DNA of 64,000 nt from Raja brachyura (Eukaryota). Position numbers and translations under genes: made by a program. Below the pieces are notes generated by a model. The model was not told the origin of the DNA. It saw only the letters and a list, made by a program, of their open reading frames with translations, and ran no database searches. Below, one piece after another: positions 63,346 through 64,000 of the stretch. The stretch spans positions 56,978,001 through 57,042,000 of the forward strand of contig OY740781.1 in assembly GCA_963514005.1 (NCBI GenBank), in the 5' to 3' direction. Position 1 is the first letter of the stretch; each line of letters starts with the position of its first letter.

Positions 63346-64000
63346 GTGCCTACATTGTGCAACACCTTATACTTCAAAAAAGTTCATTGCTATCTTCACA
63401 AGGACATAGAATTATAGAGATGTATGACATGGAAACAGGTTCTTTGGCCCATCTTGCACATGTCGACAAAGATGCCCCATCTGCACCAGTCCCACCTGCC
63501 GCATTTGGCTCCTAGCCCTCTAAACCTTTCCAATCCACATGCTAACCTTGTCAGCAATCCCCCATAGTCAGGAAAATTATTTAAAAGATATTAGAAGGTT
63601 CAACAAAGCTTGCAGCTATCTCTGATGCCATGATGTCATTCCTTCCCTCGCCTGCATACAATACAGTAAACTAATCCATTTCAAAAGAAATAGAGCTCAA
63701 ATCCCTTGGAGGAGGTGATGATAGGCGGGTCAGAATTACTGGAGTGAACAACACAAATGACTCCTACAGGGTTTTGGAACTGTGCATTCTTAGAGTGATT
63801 GGTTAAACTAGCGGAGTCATTAACTTTTAACAGGGCAGGTCACTAAACCCACTGACTCCATGGTTTCTGTGACTTCAGTGTTAAGCAGTGCTTAACTCTT
63901 CAATGGCCCCATCACCCTGCAATGTTTTTACCTTCAAATATTTGACCAATTCTCTTTCAGAAGCAATAATTCAATTTGCGCTTTCAGGGCGTGTATTCAT

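Noticed and set aside
26390-64000. FGF10 exon 1
   Set aside because: No signal-peptide or HLQGDVR.R.LFS-like exon seen on the minus strand; presumably beyond the window end.

Overview
Vertebrate genomic DNA, most likely a cartilaginous fish (skate/ray; inferred from HE1-like SINEs and CR1/Penelope families). The only host gene is FGF10 on the minus strand: exon 2 (26286-26389, 104 bp), exon 3 (14644-14862) and a probable ~1.25 kb 3'UTR. Exon 1 was not found, so intron 1 runs >37 kb to the window end. The rest is mostly transposon-derived: many decayed CR1 LINEs, Rex1, L1, RTE and L2 fragments, a DIRS1-type retrotransposon with complete termini (21425-25722), a Neptune-type Penelope element, a non-autonomous Helitron and SINEs. 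Main leads: (1) a TAG..CTA DNA-transposon family with 7-bp TSDs, whose longest copy keeps a decayed terminal exon resembling a Spindlin (Spin/Ssty) Tudor-like domain; (2) a ~9.7 kb degenerate ~55-bp tandem array in intron 1 with a palindromic core and a Penelope-end fragment repeated at the same junction; (3) hairpin-shaped, Penelope-derived short elements with 15-16 bp TSDs centred on a hammerhead-ribozyme-like core. All homology calls are by eye; no searches were run, and boundaries of old repeats are approximate.
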